Part shown: positions 10,295-20,667 of the stretch, piece after piece
Position numbering within the stretch: position 1 is the stretch's first letter
How the letters are laid out: each line of letters starts with the position of its first letter
Virus record (IMG/VR): IMGVR_UViG_3300031853_000001
Span: 96,001-160,000 of that record
Direction: 5' to 3' (one strand)
DNA: 64,000 nucleotides
Source: a virus
Taxonomy: Duplodnaviria > Caudoviricetes
Position numbers and translations under genes: made by a program
The notes under the pieces: generated by a model
What the model was told of the DNA's origin: nothing
Database searches by the model: none
What the model saw: the letters and a program-made list of their open reading frames with translations, nothing else

Positions 10295-10381
10295 GGGTGA
10301 GTATGCCTAGTGGCGAGGGCATCTGGCTGTAGACCAGACACGTTAGAAACACCGTGGGTTCAACTCCTACCTCACCCACCA
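10295..10381 (+). tRNA. tRNA-Tyr(GTA)
   Basis: TCTGG-CT GTA GA-CCAGA; long variable arm; ACCA. Confidence 0.9.
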
Positions 10382-10385
10382 ATAT

Positions 10386-10464
10386 GGACCGATAGCAGAA
10401 TTGGCATATGCACTGGTTTAAGGTACCAGGTTAAGTGTGGGTTCAAATCCCACTCGGTCTACCA
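10386..10464 (+). tRNA. tRNA-Leu(AAG), short variable arm
   Basis: CTGGT-TT AAG GT-ACCAG; ACCA. Confidence 0.85.
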
Positions 10465-10468
10465 AATT

Positions 10469-10540
10469 GCCGTATTAGTTCAACGGTAGAATAATAGATT
10501 CGTAATCTAGATGCTTGTTCAAATCAAGTATGCGGCTCCA
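10469..10540 (+). tRNA. tRNA-Thr(CGT), compact
   Basis: TAGA-TT CGT AA-TCTA; GCCGTAT/ATGCGGC; TCCA. Confidence 0.75.
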
Positions 10541-10575
10541 CAACCGCATACTTATTTTTTTATAAGGAGGAAATT

Positions 10576-13512
10576 ATGAAAAACAAAATATTTGCATTAC
10601 TTATGATACTAATAATCTTTATTTCTTCGGTAAGTTTCGCGGAAACTCAATTAGAAAGCTATACAAATATTTCTCCTGAAGATGATGAAAACCATTTAGT
10701 ATATACCGAAGTGTGGGAATATTATGTTCAACCAGACGGAACTTTAAGCTCCGGCAAACCAAGAGAGGATTTATCGACTTCAGAACTTGAACCACATAAT
10801 TTCAATGATGAGGGCATTTGTATAGATTGCAATTATGAAAAGGATGTTGTATTTGAAGCAGAAGTAGAAATGTCAAAAACTTTAGGTATTGTTGATATTT
10901 CTCAAACTGTTTCTGTTTATAATTATTTTTATGATAGAGCTACTAAAAAATATAGCGTTCCAATGCAAACTGAAGTCACCCAAAATGGTATAGATTCTTG
11001 GGTACGAGTTAAATTAGATGCCTATAGAACCGTGCGTTCAACAGGTGAGCGCGCGGAAATTAGTTGGGATTTAGCAGATGTTGGTATTTTAGATAGTGAA
11101 GGTAATTTAGTTGCTGAAGGTATTTCTGATTATGTAATTATAGGTGATTACTTATATTATACTAAAATACTTCCAAAAGACTATACTCTTTACATAAGTT
11201 ACTATGGTCGTTTTGCTAATTATCAAGAATTATATAGTAGTTCTTATGTAGGAACTACTCCTAGTTCTGATGCTGTCCAAGGTGAAAACTTTTATCCTGA
11301 TTTTTCTACTGATGACCCTTGGAACAATATAGATATTGAAGCCCGTGAAAAAGACCAAGTTGAGAACAAAAGTAGTTTTGATTTAAAAGTTTTACAAGGT
11401 GAAGGTTTCGCAGATATTTCAGCCGCGGTTACTAACGAAAATGATGAAGAGAATACTAATAGATATATTCTTCCTGGAGATGAATTGAATTTATCTACTG
11501 AATTGAAGATAAATGGGGAAGAAGGGTATGTGTATGATATAATTCAAAAAATTAATTTCGGTATTGAAATGACGCAACTTTTTAATTCTATTGTAGAAAA
11601 CTTTCAAGTTTTCTTGTCTGTAGATAATCAAGATTACACAGATGTAACATCTAGTGAAATGATTGAAGGAAAAGTTTCTTTAGGTAATTATATTAAAGAC
11701 CAGGTGTTAAATTTAATTTATAAAATAAAATTATCTACTTCACTTAATAATATATTTGAAAGTGAGCCTTTTAGTGTTTTAGTAAATTATAAAGCGAAAA
11801 TCGTGGCCACACCTACCCCAAGTCCTAGTCCAACTCCATCGCCAACACCAACTCCATCACCAACTCCATCACCATCACCAACTCCATCACCAACTTTATC
11901 ACCAACTCCATCGTTATCGCCAACGCCATTCATATCACCAACTCCATCATCAACGCCAACTCTATCGCCATCACCAACGCCAACATCAACTCCAATGCCA
12001 ACATCAACTCCAACATCAACTCCAATGTTAACGCCAACCTCAACTCCTACAATTAAACCTACTGAAACGCCAACACCTACACCTACTCCAACTATAACAC
12101 CTACTCTTACGCCGACAGTCACACCTACAATTACTCCTACTGTGACGCCTACTGTTACTGTTACTCCAACAGTTACTGTTACTCCAATAATTATTGTTAC
12201 TCCAACAGTTACACCAAGTTCAACCCCAGTTATAGTTCCTACAGTTACTCCAACAGCTACTCCTACCCCAACAATAATTGTAACCTCTACGCCAACTATA
12301 ACTCCTACGCCAACAGTAACTATTAAACCTACAATTACTCCAAATGTAACTATAACCCCCACCGTAATAATTACAGAGAAACCTACTGATAAGCCAACAG
12401 TAGAACCAACTCCTACTTTGACTGTTACGCCAACTAAAACTCCCACTCCTATTCCAACTTTAATACCTACTAAAACTCCTGTTCCAACAGAAGAACCTAC
12501 TGCAACACCTATACCAACACCTACTTCAACAAGTATACCTACTGCTACTCCTACTGTTGTAATTACTCCAAGTCCAACGCCAATAATTACTCCTACTCCA
12601 ATAATAACAGCAAGTCCTACGCTAACACCAACTATAAAACCTACTCTTACTCCAAGCCCTATACCAATTATAACACCTACACCTACTCTAACAATTTCTC
12701 CAACATCAACGCCTACTTTAACTCCAATTCCAACAGAAAAACCAACGGAGGAACCTACGCGTGAACCAACAGAAAAGCCTACAGCAACATCAACACCCAC
12801 TCCAGTTCCAGCAAACCCAACTCCAACAACAGAACCCAGTTCCACGCCAACTATTACCATCACTCCAACAGTTGAGCCCACCACAGTTCCTACCATACAA
12901 CCAACTGATACACCAGTTGTCACAGTTACCCCTGAAAAACCTAGTAAGTCTCCAAGACCTACTCCCGCACCTACCGAAACAATAAAACCTACTTCAACTC
13001 CACAAATTACTAATATACCTACATTGGAACCTAAATCTACGGAGAAACAGACAAATGAACCTACAATTATACCCATATCAACAGTTAAGCCTACAACAAC
13101 TCCAAGTATCACACTAACTATTGACTCTACAAGAACTCCTATGCCAACGGAAATACTTCCCGCTGACACACCTGTCTCTATTACTCCAAGACCAACACGA
13201 ATCCCACAATCAACAGAAAATTTAATACCTACTCCAAGTCCTACTCCATTAATTACTTATTCACCAGAATATATAGAAGAAATTATAAAAAATATAACTC
13301 CTACGACTCCACAATCTTCATTTTATCAAAAAGTTAGTCAAATGACAGAAACGGAATTAGAAGATTTAATTGAGTTGTTTGATTATAATACGCCTTTATA
13401 TGGAGATTTATTACAGACAGGAGACGATATTCCTCTATATATTCCAATTTCAATTTTAATAGGACTAATGTGTATAGTTGTTTATATAATTTCAAAGAAA
13501 CGTAATCCTTGA
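10576..13512 (+). CDS. Secreted, probably cell-wall-anchored mucin-like (Pro/Thr-rich) surface protein
   Basis: N-terminal signal peptide, ~500 aa of TP/SP repeats, C-terminal LQTGD + hydrophobic helix + KKR tail. Confidence 0.8.
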   Translation: MKNKIFALLMILIIFISSVSFAETQLESYTNISPEDDENHLVYTEVWEYYVQPDGTLSSGKPREDLSTSELEPHNFNDEGICIDCNYEKDVVFEAEVEMSKTLGIVDISQTVSVYNYFYDRATKKYSVPMQTEVTQNGIDSWVRVKLDAYRTVRSTGERAEISWDLADVGILDSEGNLVAEGISDYVIIGDYLYYTKILPKDYTLYISYYGRFANYQELYSSSYVGTTPSSDAVQGENFYPDFSTDDPWNNIDIEAREKDQVENKSSFDLKVLQGEGFADISAAVTNENDEENTNRYILPGDELNLSTELKINGEEGYVYDIIQKINFGIEMTQLFNSIVENFQVFLSVDNQDYTDVTSSEMIEGKVSLGNYIKDQVLNLIYKIKLSTSLNNIFESEPFSVLVNYKAKIVATPTPSPSPTPSPTPTPSPTPSPSPTPSPTLSPTPSLSPTPFISPTPSSTPTLSPSPTPTSTPMPTSTPTSTPMLTPTSTPTIKPTETPTPTPTPTITPTLTPTVTPTITPTVTPTVTVTPTVTVTPIIIVTPTVTPSSTPVIVPTVTPTATPTPTIIVTSTPTITPTPTVTIKPTITPNVTITPTVIITEKPTDKPTVEPTPTLTVTPTKTPTPIPTLIPTKTPVPTEEPTATPIPTPTSTSIPTATPTVVITPSPTPIITPTPIITASPTLTPTIKPTLTPSPIPIITPTPTLTISPTSTPTLTPIPTEKPTEEPTREPTEKPTATSTPTPVPANPTPTTEPSSTPTITITPTVEPTTVPTIQPTDTPVVTVTPEKPSKSPRPTPAPTETIKPTSTPQITNIPTLEPKSTEKQTNEPTIIPISTVKPTTTPSITLTIDSTRTPMPTEILPADTPVSITPRPTRIPQSTENLIPTPSPTPLITYSPEYIEEIIKNITPTTPQSSFYQKVSQMTETELEDLIELFDYNTPLYGDLLQTGDDIPLYIPISILIGLMCIVVYIISKKRNP

Positions 13513-13564
13513 CTTTTTATAAAAATTTTGTTATAATATTTATGTAAGGTAAGGAAATAAAAAA

Positions 13565-13608
13565 GGGGTAGCGTTAAATAACGAGATGAAGATATTTTAT
13601 ATCGGCCC
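13565..13608 (+). promoter_or_regulatory. Homing-endonuclease leader motif, copy A
   Basis: P1-AGC-hairpin-GAGATGAA-GATA(TTTTA)TATC-P1'. Loop complementary to ATAAAG at the RBS. Confidence 0.55.
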
Positions 13609-13634
13609 AATTTAATTCTTATAAAGGTGGTCTT

Positions 13635-14273
13635 ATGAATGGATATATTTATAAAATAATTAATAAAACCAATCAAAAAATATATATTGGTAAAACTTTA
13701 TATTCTATTGAAAAAAGATTTAAAGAGCATTTAAAAGATAGCAACAGAACAGAATATCAAGATAGACCACTATATAAAGCTATAAAAAAATATGGCGCAG
13801 AAAATTTTTCAATAGAATTAGTAGAAATAGCTCCAGTAGAAATATTATCAGAACGAGAAATTTATTGGATAAAATATTATAATAGTTATCATTATGGTTA
13901 TAATGCAACACAAGGTGGAGAAGGTAAATCATTATATGATTACAATTCTATTGTAGAACAATATAAACAAGGAAAACTTATAAAAACATTAGCAGAAGAT
14001 TTTGATTGCGATCCTAGTGTAATTAAAAAAGCTATTAAAAATTCTGGAATAGATACTCATATAAATGAAATTAAATCTAAACAAATTAAAATAAGTGCGT
14101 ATGATATAAAAAATCATCAATTAGTCCAAGAATTTTCTTCTCATAAAGAAGTAGGACAATGGCTTTTTGAAAATGGTTATACTCAATCTCAAAATTGGGA
14201 TAATATTTCTGCATCAATAGGCAGAGTAAAAAATGGTTTACGTCAATCTGCTTATGGATTTAATTGGAAATAA
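13635..14273 (+). CDS. GIY-YIG homing endonuclease
   Basis: GYIYKI...IYIGKT...RFKEH; GYNATQGG; NUMOD1-like C-terminus. Confidence 0.9.
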   Translation: MNGYIYKIINKTNQKIYIGKTLYSIEKRFKEHLKDSNRTEYQDRPLYKAIKKYGAENFSIELVEIAPVEILSEREIYWIKYYNSYHYGYNATQGGEGKSLYDYNSIVEQYKQGKLIKTLAEDFDCDPSVIKKAIKNSGIDTHINEIKSKQIKISAYDIKNHQLVQEFSSHKEVGQWLFENGYTQSQNWDNISASIGRVKNGLRQSAYGFNWK

Positions 14274-14348
14274 AAGAGAATAAGATAATTAGTAGTCGGG
14301 CAGTCTCCAAAACTGCTAGTCCTGGAGCAAAGCCAGGTTCTCCTGCCA
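14274..14348 (+). tRNA. tRNA-Trp(CCA), non-canonical elbow
   Basis: AAGAGAA/TTCTCCT acceptor (1 mismatch); GCAGT-CT CCA AA-ACTGC; T-loop AGCAAAG. Confidence 0.75.
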
Positions 14349-14775
14349 TTTGGTTCCTCCTGTAAAAATCCTCTTGTTCGCGACAAGAAAAAGGAGTGGC
14401 TGGGGCTAACAATATAAGTAAAGTAGAACTTATATTGCGTGTTCGCCATTAAAGAACGCTGGGAGTTCTCTTACCCCATAAGGTAGTCCGGAATACACAT
14501 AAGATTCGCTCGGTTTCCTAACCAACCGTAAGTCAATAAGATAAATTAGGCGGAAGTCCGCTTCGTTAATGTGGGCCACGAATCCGTGCGTGAATAATAG
14601 GCGGTGAGGTGCCCGATAGGCGTGTCAACCAATAGTAGAAAGAGGCACAAATATTTTGGAGAACGCACAACGCGAGTGCGAACTTTTTATGTTATTCTCG
14701 CGGCGAAATCAAATGGCGGCTCGGATGGATTGAGGCCCGGAAGATGCCAATACGAGAAGAAACCGCGAGATTTAA

Positions 14776-14851
14776 TGGAAGGTACCAAAGCGGTTATTGG
14801 GCTGGTCTTATAAACCAGTTGCCGCGGGTTCGATTCCCGCCCTTCCAACCA
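14776..14851 (+). tRNA. tRNA-Ile(TAT)
   Basis: CTGGT-CT TAT AA-ACCAG; TGGAAGG/CCTTCCA; ACCA. Confidence 0.85.
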
Positions 14852-14854
14852 TAT

Positions 14855-14929
14855 GGGGCCGTAGTGTAAAGAACACGCTCGGAAAGCAAGGGCCGAGAAA
14901 ACAAAGGGCAGTACCGCGAGGCTCCACCA
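14855..14929 (+). tRNA. Atypical tRNA-Ala-like RNA (G3:U70, 10-nt anticodon loop, weak T stem)
   Basis: GGGGCC/GGCTCC-ACCA; D stem GTGT/ACAC; CTCGG-AAAGCAAGGG-CCGAG. Confidence 0.5.
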
Positions 14930-14945
14930 TTTAAAGGAGAATACA

Positions 14946-15384
14946 ATGAATAAATACAAATTTGGTCGCATTACTTTTGGGACTATTCTTACAGTAGTAA
15001 TGTTTAGTAACGGTTTTGGAATTAATACTTGGCAATTTTGGGTAGTTTATATTTCTGCTTGGATGATGGTTTTTATGACCTATTTGGAGGATTTTAACGG
15101 ATGATTTATTTTAATATATTTTTAGCCGCACTAAATCTTTTTTGTTTCTATGTTTGCCAAGATAATTTAATATATATTCGTGGATTAAATTTAGCATGTT
15201 GTTTATTATCTAGTTTATGTGCCATTGTTAAAGCCACTGAGAGGAACGTATAATGTTTTTAAAAATTTATTTATACTTAGATATTTTATTTACAATATGG
15301 GCTCTTCCAATTCTTATTATGTATTGTTTTATTCCAAACAAAAGTATTACAGAAGGGTTGAGAGAATGGTTTACTGAGTATTAA
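14946..15384 (+). CDS. Three short, translationally coupled hydrophobic ORFs (14946-15104, 15101-15253, 15253-15384)
   Basis: RBS AAGGAG; ATGA and TAATG overlaps; membrane-like composition; below the ORF-track size cut-off. Confidence 0.6.
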
Positions 15385-15385
15385 T

Positions 15386-15460
15386 GCGTTCGTGGGAGAA
15401 TGGTTTATCCGGAAGTCTGCAAAACTTCATATGCCAGTTCAATTCTGGCCGAACGCTCCA
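15386..15460 (+). tRNA. tRNA-Cys(GCA)
   Basis: GAAGT-CT GCA AA-ACTTC; U73-CCA. Confidence 0.9.
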
Positions 15461-15586
15461 TTTATTATAAATTATAGTAATTCAATTTTAAAATACCTAC
15501 CTCTAACGCACGGGAAACCGTGCGTTTTTCTATTTGACTTAATAGAAAATTTATGATATAATAATTTTAGAAAGGAGGAAGATAAA

Positions 15587-16048
15587 ATGACACTTGATGA
15601 ATGTAAGTTAAAAACTATTGAACATATTAATCGTGTTCAATTCTATTTACGTTTTTTTATAGATAGATTAACTGATAAAGGAACTCATCATGATGAAAGT
15701 AAATTAGGTGATATTGAAGCACCTATTTTTGCAAAACATACTGAAAATTTAAGTAATATAAAATTTGGCTCTTCTGAATATAATGAAGAACTAAAACAAT
15801 TAAAAGTAGCTTTAGAACATCATTATAAATATAATCGCCATCATCCAGAATATTTTGGTGAAAACGGAATTAATGGAATGGATTTGACAGATATTCTTGA
15901 AATGCTCGCTGATTGGATGGCAAGTACAGAAAGAACTCAAAATGGAGACATTTTTGAATCTATTGAAATTAATGCTAAACGCTTTAATATAGATAATCAA
16001 TTAAAGCAGATATTAATAAATACTGCTAAACTACTAATTAATAAATAA
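15587..16048 (+). CDS. DUF5662-like HD-superfamily phosphoesterase
   Basis: H..HDESK...HHYKYNRHHPEYF...EMLADWMAS pattern. Confidence 0.65.
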   Translation: MTLDECKLKTIEHINRVQFYLRFFIDRLTDKGTHHDESKLGDIEAPIFAKHTENLSNIKFGSSEYNEELKQLKVALEHHYKYNRHHPEYFGENGINGMDLTDILEMLADWMASTERTQNGDIFESIEINAKRFNIDNQLKQILINTAKLLINK

Positions 16049-16049
16049 A

Positions 16050-16113
16050 ATAAGAGGGAGCAATAAATTGGCCATTTATTGAGATAACGATGCCTTAATC
16101 ATTGAGCTCTTAT
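16050..16113 (+). promoter_or_regulatory. Homing-endonuclease leader motif, copy B
   Basis: ATAAGAG/CTCTTAT P1; AGC; hairpin; GAGATAAC; GATG-CCTTAAT-CATT. Loop pairs with ATTAAGG (16130-16136). Confidence 0.7.
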
Positions 16114-16145
16114 TCATATAAATATCATTATTAAGGAGTGATAAC

Positions 16146-17105
16146 ATGTCAAAATTTATTGATTTAACTGGACAGCAATTTGGAAGATGGTTAGTAAAAG
16201 AGAAATCTAGTAAAAAAACTTCTTATGGACAATATTGGATATGTGAATGCCAATGTGAAAAAAGAACTATCAAGGAAATTTGTGGGCGGTCTTTAAAACA
16301 GGGAGAATCTACAAATTGCGGTTGTTTAAAATATAAACATAAAATAGATTTAACGGGTAAAAAATTTGATTATTTATTATGCTTAAAACCTGGAGAAAGT
16401 ATTAAAAGAAATGATGGACGCTCTAAATCAACTTGGATTTGCAAATGTGATTGTGGTAAGATAATAACAATTCAAACAGAAAGCTTACGAAGTGGTCGAG
16501 CTCATAGTTGTGGTTGTAAAAATGCCGATCTTAGACGAGAAGATTTAACTGGCCAACGTTTTGGTAAACTAATAGCCATTAAGCCCGATTCTTCTCATTA
16601 TACATCTGGTGGGAATGCTTTATCTCGATGGGTTTGTCAATGTGACTGTGGTAATACTATTAGTGTAATAACGCAAGCTTTAAAAAGCGGAAATACTCAA
16701 TCTTGTGGTTGTTTAAATTCTAAAGGTGAAAGCCGTATTAAACAATGGTTATTAAAAAATAATATTATTTTTAAAGCTCAATATATTAATAAAGAAATGA
16801 AATATAATAATGGTAGTTATCCACGTTTTGATTTTGCTATTTTTAATGAGAAAAATAAATTACAATTTTTAATTGAGTATCAAGGCGATATTCATTATAT
16901 CTCTCATAAAAGTGGCTGGAATACTCCAGAAGCTCTGGAAAAAAGACAAAAATATGACGAAGAAAAACGTAATTTATGCAAAACTTTTCATATAAATTTA
17001 ATTGAAATTCCTTATTGGGAATTTGATAATATAGAAAACATTTTAAATCAACTGGTAAAACAGTATAAAATTAATACAGCAAAAATTATGGAAGAGCATG
17101 AGTAA
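16146..17105 (+). CDS. Homing endonuclease (three DLTG..W.C.C.CG..SCGC repeats + PD-(D/E)XK-type domain)
   Basis: Repeat architecture and RFDFAI..LIEYQGDIH. Confidence 0.8.
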   Translation: MSKFIDLTGQQFGRWLVKEKSSKKTSYGQYWICECQCEKRTIKEICGRSLKQGESTNCGCLKYKHKIDLTGKKFDYLLCLKPGESIKRNDGRSKSTWICKCDCGKIITIQTESLRSGRAHSCGCKNADLRREDLTGQRFGKLIAIKPDSSHYTSGGNALSRWVCQCDCGNTISVITQALKSGNTQSCGCLNSKGESRIKQWLLKNNIIFKAQYINKEMKYNNGSYPRFDFAIFNEKNKLQFLIEYQGDIHYISHKSGWNTPEALEKRQKYDEEKRNLCKTFHINLIEIPYWEFDNIENILNQLVKQYKINTAKIMEEHE

Positions 17106-17114
17106 GGAGAAAAT

Positions 17115-18060
17115 ATGATTACGAATAACGGGGAAATTATTGAAGTAATTCCAGATTTAGAAACCCCAGAAGAAATTGCTAGAAGTTTTTTTCTTGACAG
17201 AGATATTAAACTTGTAGAAAATAAGATTGAAGATTTGAAGCAAGTTCTACTTTCTTTAACTCACAATAATGATAGATTACAGCGTCAATTTAATGAACTA
17301 TATGAAGAAAAATGGGCCGATACTACACTTCAAAATATGAAGAAAGAGTTAGAACAAGTAAAGCAAAATATGTATCGTGGTTTTCCTATTACTGAAGCGG
17401 AAGAAAAGAAAATTAATAATTGGATTTTAAAGCACGATGAAGAAATTCATAATAATCCTAATCATTATCATGGTGTTTCTGGTGGAGGTTATGAATACTC
17501 TTTTCACCCTACTGGTTTAGGCACGATTGGTTATTGTATCTGTGGTATTTGTAAAAGTAAAGCCATCCGTGAAGCTGGTGAAAAATGGTGGGAACATTTA
17601 AAAAATAATAACGGATATATTGAATTTGGAGATTTTGGATAATGAATATTTTTAAAAAAAGAAACGCACAAAACTACCTTCTCCCACCAGAAAAAGAGGA
17701 AAAAATAAAAAATTTACTAGATTCAGCACCTAGATTGCTTTGGCCGCACCCAAATGATGACGTAGAATTTATAATCCCTTTATTTAATGCAGAAAAGCAT
17801 TACAAACATTTAAAAAAGATTATATGGAAAAATAGTAGGAGGTAATTATGGGGGATGAATATAAATATACCTATAAAGAACAAGCCGAACATTTTAAAAA
17901 ATTAGTTCATCAATTAGAAAAAGAAATTAAAGAATTAAATAAAGAAAATGATGAATTACATATAATTATTAATGATTTAAAAGATAAAATTACATATCAT
18001 TGTAATCCTGAAGATACTTATAGAGAAGATTTTACTTTTAATCATTTGACTTTTAATTAA
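17115..18060 (+). CDS. Three hypothetical ORFs (17115-17642, 17642-17845, 17848-18060)
   Basis: RBSs and tight coupling. Confidence 0.6.
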
Positions 18061-18136
18061 AATTCTGCTATAATAATATTGTAAAAAAGAAAAGCCCTAG
18101 TCCAGGGCTGACCAAATGAAAAGGAGATTTAAAATT

Positions 18137-19756
18137 ATGACTAATTTCAATCAGGTAGTTTCTAATTTTGTTGCTTCTCAGAATTCTTACCCTGTTCGTA
18201 AGAATATTAGCAAGGCTCACGCTTCTTCCTTTATCAATGCGATGAAGCAAGAGGATAACTTCAAGTATACCGAAAATGGTGCGGTAGCCAAGAAGTCTAC
18301 TATGTCCAAGCTATACGACCTATTTGCACTTGGCGGCTCCTATCGTTCTCGCACCGAGAGCGATTGTATCGTTCTTTTTAAGAACGCATATCAGGAGAAC
18401 CCTGCCTATGCTCTAAAGTGCCTATGGTATCTTCGTGATATTCTTGAGGGTCAGGGTGAGCGTCGTTTCTTCCGTGTTTGCTTAAAGTGGCTTGCTACCT
18501 ACGACAAGCAGGCTGTACTACGCAACCTTGATACCATTGCCCGTGATGGTTTCGGCCGCTGGGATGATCTGTTTGTCCTATTTGACACTCCTTGCGAGGA
18601 TGCTGTTATGAAGCTGATTGAAAATCAGCTAGTTAGCGACCTAAAGGCGTATCAGGCCGGTGCCGCAGTATCTCTACTTGGCAAGTGGATTCCTTCCGAG
18701 AACTCCTCTTCTGCCAAGACTAAGCATAATGCTCGTCGCATTATTGCTGCTCTTCACGTATCTCCTCGTGAGTATCGTAAGACTCTATCTGCTCTGCGTG
18801 AGCGTATCCACGTTGTAGAGCGTCTTATGTCCCAGAACCGTTGGGACGAGATTGATTTCTCTCATCTACCTTCTCGTGCTGGCCTGATCTATCGCAAGGC
18901 TTTCGAGCGTCGCGATATGATTCAGCAGAAGTATCGTGAGTTCGCGAAGGATACTTCTACCAAGGTAAATGCTGGTAAGCTATATCCTTACGACGTTGTG
19001 CGTGAGGCACAGAAGGTTATGCACTGTGATTCCTACTGGAATTATGGTTCTCGCGAACCTCGCCTAGACGACACCCAGCGTCTAATGGTTAATAAGTATT
19101 GGGATAACCTACGTAATGTTTTCCCTGCGGGTGAAAACTTTAACGCTATGGTTGTTTGCGATACTTCTAGCTCTATGCTAAATGGAGCAAGCAATACTGC
19201 TTCTCCTATGCAGGTTGCGGTATCTCTGGCAATGTATGCCGCAGAGCGTGCCAACGGTCCTTTCAAGAACCATTATATCAGTTTCAGCCGTCAGGCTCGT
19301 CTGGTAGAGGTTTTTGGTGCGGACTTCTGCGACAAGGTATCTCGTATCATCCGCTCCAATGTGTGCGAGAATACCAATCTTGAAAGTGTTTTCGACCTAG
19401 TGCTAAATACTGCTATGCAGTATCGCCTACCTCGTAACGCTATGCCTAAGACTCTTGTAGTCGTGTCCGATATGGAAGTAGATCGTTCTGCGGGTATTTC
19501 CAGTCATAAGGAAACCTTTATGGAGTCTATGCGTCGTAAGTGGGCTCAGAAGTGCGGCAACCGCTATGAGTTCCCTGACGTAGTGTTCTGGAATGTGTCT
19601 GCTCGCAACGATACTTTCCTAGACGATCCTAAGAGTGGCATTACTTACGTGTCTGGCTGCAGTCCTGTACTGTTTGAGCAGATTCTGTCTGGTAAGACGT
19701 CTATTGACCTTATGCTAGACAAGCTTAACGCTCCTCGCTACAAAGACATCTACTAA
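18137..19756 (+). CDS. DUF2828-family helical-repeat + vWA protein (Ro60/TROVE-like architecture)
   Basis: TENGA..KST, LRDI..GQGERR, GRWDDL, LLGKWIPSE, LYPYDVV, MIDAS motif VCDTSSSM, VSDME, VFWNV. Own promoter; start at ATG 18137 after AAGGAG; strongly biased codons. Confidence 0.8.
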   Translation: MTNFNQVVSNFVASQNSYPVRKNISKAHASSFINAMKQEDNFKYTENGAVAKKSTMSKLYDLFALGGSYRSRTESDCIVLFKNAYQENPAYALKCLWYLRDILEGQGERRFFRVCLKWLATYDKQAVLRNLDTIARDGFGRWDDLFVLFDTPCEDAVMKLIENQLVSDLKAYQAGAAVSLLGKWIPSENSSSAKTKHNARRIIAALHVSPREYRKTLSALRERIHVVERLMSQNRWDEIDFSHLPSRAGLIYRKAFERRDMIQQKYREFAKDTSTKVNAGKLYPYDVVREAQKVMHCDSYWNYGSREPRLDDTQRLMVNKYWDNLRNVFPAGENFNAMVVCDTSSSMLNGASNTASPMQVAVSLAMYAAERANGPFKNHYISFSRQARLVEVFGADFCDKVSRIIRSNVCENTNLESVFDLVLNTAMQYRLPRNAMPKTLVVVSDMEVDRSAGISSHKETFMESMRRKWAQKCGNRYEFPDVVFWNVSARNDTFLDDPKSGITYVSGCSPVLFEQILSGKTSIDLMLDKLNAPRYKDIY

Positions 19757-19851
19757 GGTTAAGTATAAATTTGAGATGGAGAAATCCATCTCTTTTTTAT
19801 TTGACTTATTATAAAAATTTTGATATAATATTTATAGAAAGGATGAGGAAA

Positions 19852-20208
19852 ATGAACTATTACATTTATTTGGATGATGTGCGCGAAGATGATACTTGGT
19901 TTCGACAGCATTTGAATACCGAGCATTGGATTCCTTGTGTTGTTCGTTCTTATGAGGAAGTAATTCATATTCTTGACCATATGCAAGATTATATGGACAA
20001 GGATGAAGTGCTTATTCTCGACCTTGATCACGACCTTGGCGAAACTGAAGATGGTTACAATGAACTCGCGCACACAGGATATGATGTTTGTAAGTGGATG
20101 ATAGAAAATCATTTCCCTGCCTGCTATTTTCACATTCATAGCATGAACGCTAGTGGTTCTGCGAATATGCGACAACTTCTTACTCACTATGGCTATAAGG
20201 AGATTTAA
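19852..20208 (+). CDS. Cyclic-phosphate-processing receiver-like domain protein
   Basis: IYLDDVR...DLDHDLGE...TGYDVCKWM...IHSMNASG. Confidence 0.75.
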   Translation: MNYYIYLDDVREDDTWFRQHLNTEHWIPCVVRSYEEVIHILDHMQDYMDKDEVLILDLDHDLGETEDGYNELAHTGYDVCKWMIENHFPACYFHIHSMNASGSANMRQLLTHYGYKEI

Positions 20209-20408
20209 TATGCTTTTAGATGAAAATAATGATAAAGAAAAGCTTTATAAAATTATTGATTTTCTAATAGAACAAATTAAAAATCTGCAAAGAACTAATT
20301 CTGAAATAAATGAACTTTTGAAAGAATCAATTTTTAGAAAATAATTTCTTGACTTTCTCCAAAAATTCTGATATAATTATTATAGTAAAAGGAAAGGAGA
20401 ATAACATA

Positions 20409-20654
20409 GTGGAAAAGTACAGACCTATTTATAGAGATATTCACGATTGGGCAATTTTGGACGAACGAACTATTCATGATTTTTCTGAAAACGAAACTCC
20501 TATTCACGTGGTAGAAGTTCTTATTGGAACTCTTCATTATGAGCATATAGATTTTAATCAGCATTATACTGAACATCGCACTCCTATTATTCGTTGGCTA
20601 ACTCGTAATGAATATGATTATCTTTGCGCGAATGAAGGCACCGTAATTTGGTAA
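20409..20654 (+). CDS. Hypothetical protein
   Basis: GTG start after AAGGAG, downstream of promoter 20349. Confidence 0.5.
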   Translation: MEKYRPIYRDIHDWAILDERTIHDFSENETPIHVVEVLIGTLHYEHIDFNQHYTEHRTPIIRWLTRNEYDYLCANEGTVIW

Positions 20655-20667
20655 GAAAGGATTAAAT

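Noticed and set aside
8953-10382. Short ORFs over the tRNA cluster (also 14252-14971, 22447-22720, 26363-26596, 29186-29458, 32319-32666)
   Set aside because: They overlap tRNAs or structured RNAs and arise from locally higher GC.
11787-13169. 460-aa minus-strand Val/Gly-rich ORF
   Set aside because: Antisense shadow of the ACN-CCN (Thr-Pro) repeats; no RBS or promoter.
11809-13260. Repeat tract as CRISPR array or VNTR
   Set aside because: Degenerate codon-level repeats inside a protein; no constant repeat-spacer pattern and no cas genes.
13564-14348. tRNA-Trp split by the GIY-YIG gene (AGGGGTA as a distant 5' strand)
   Set aside because: A complete cloverleaf exists at 14274-14348, and the upstream sequence is better explained as the endonuclease leader motif.
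14855-14929. tmRNA
   Set aside because: Ends resemble tmRNA, but it is only 75 nt, has a D stem and has no tag-coding region.
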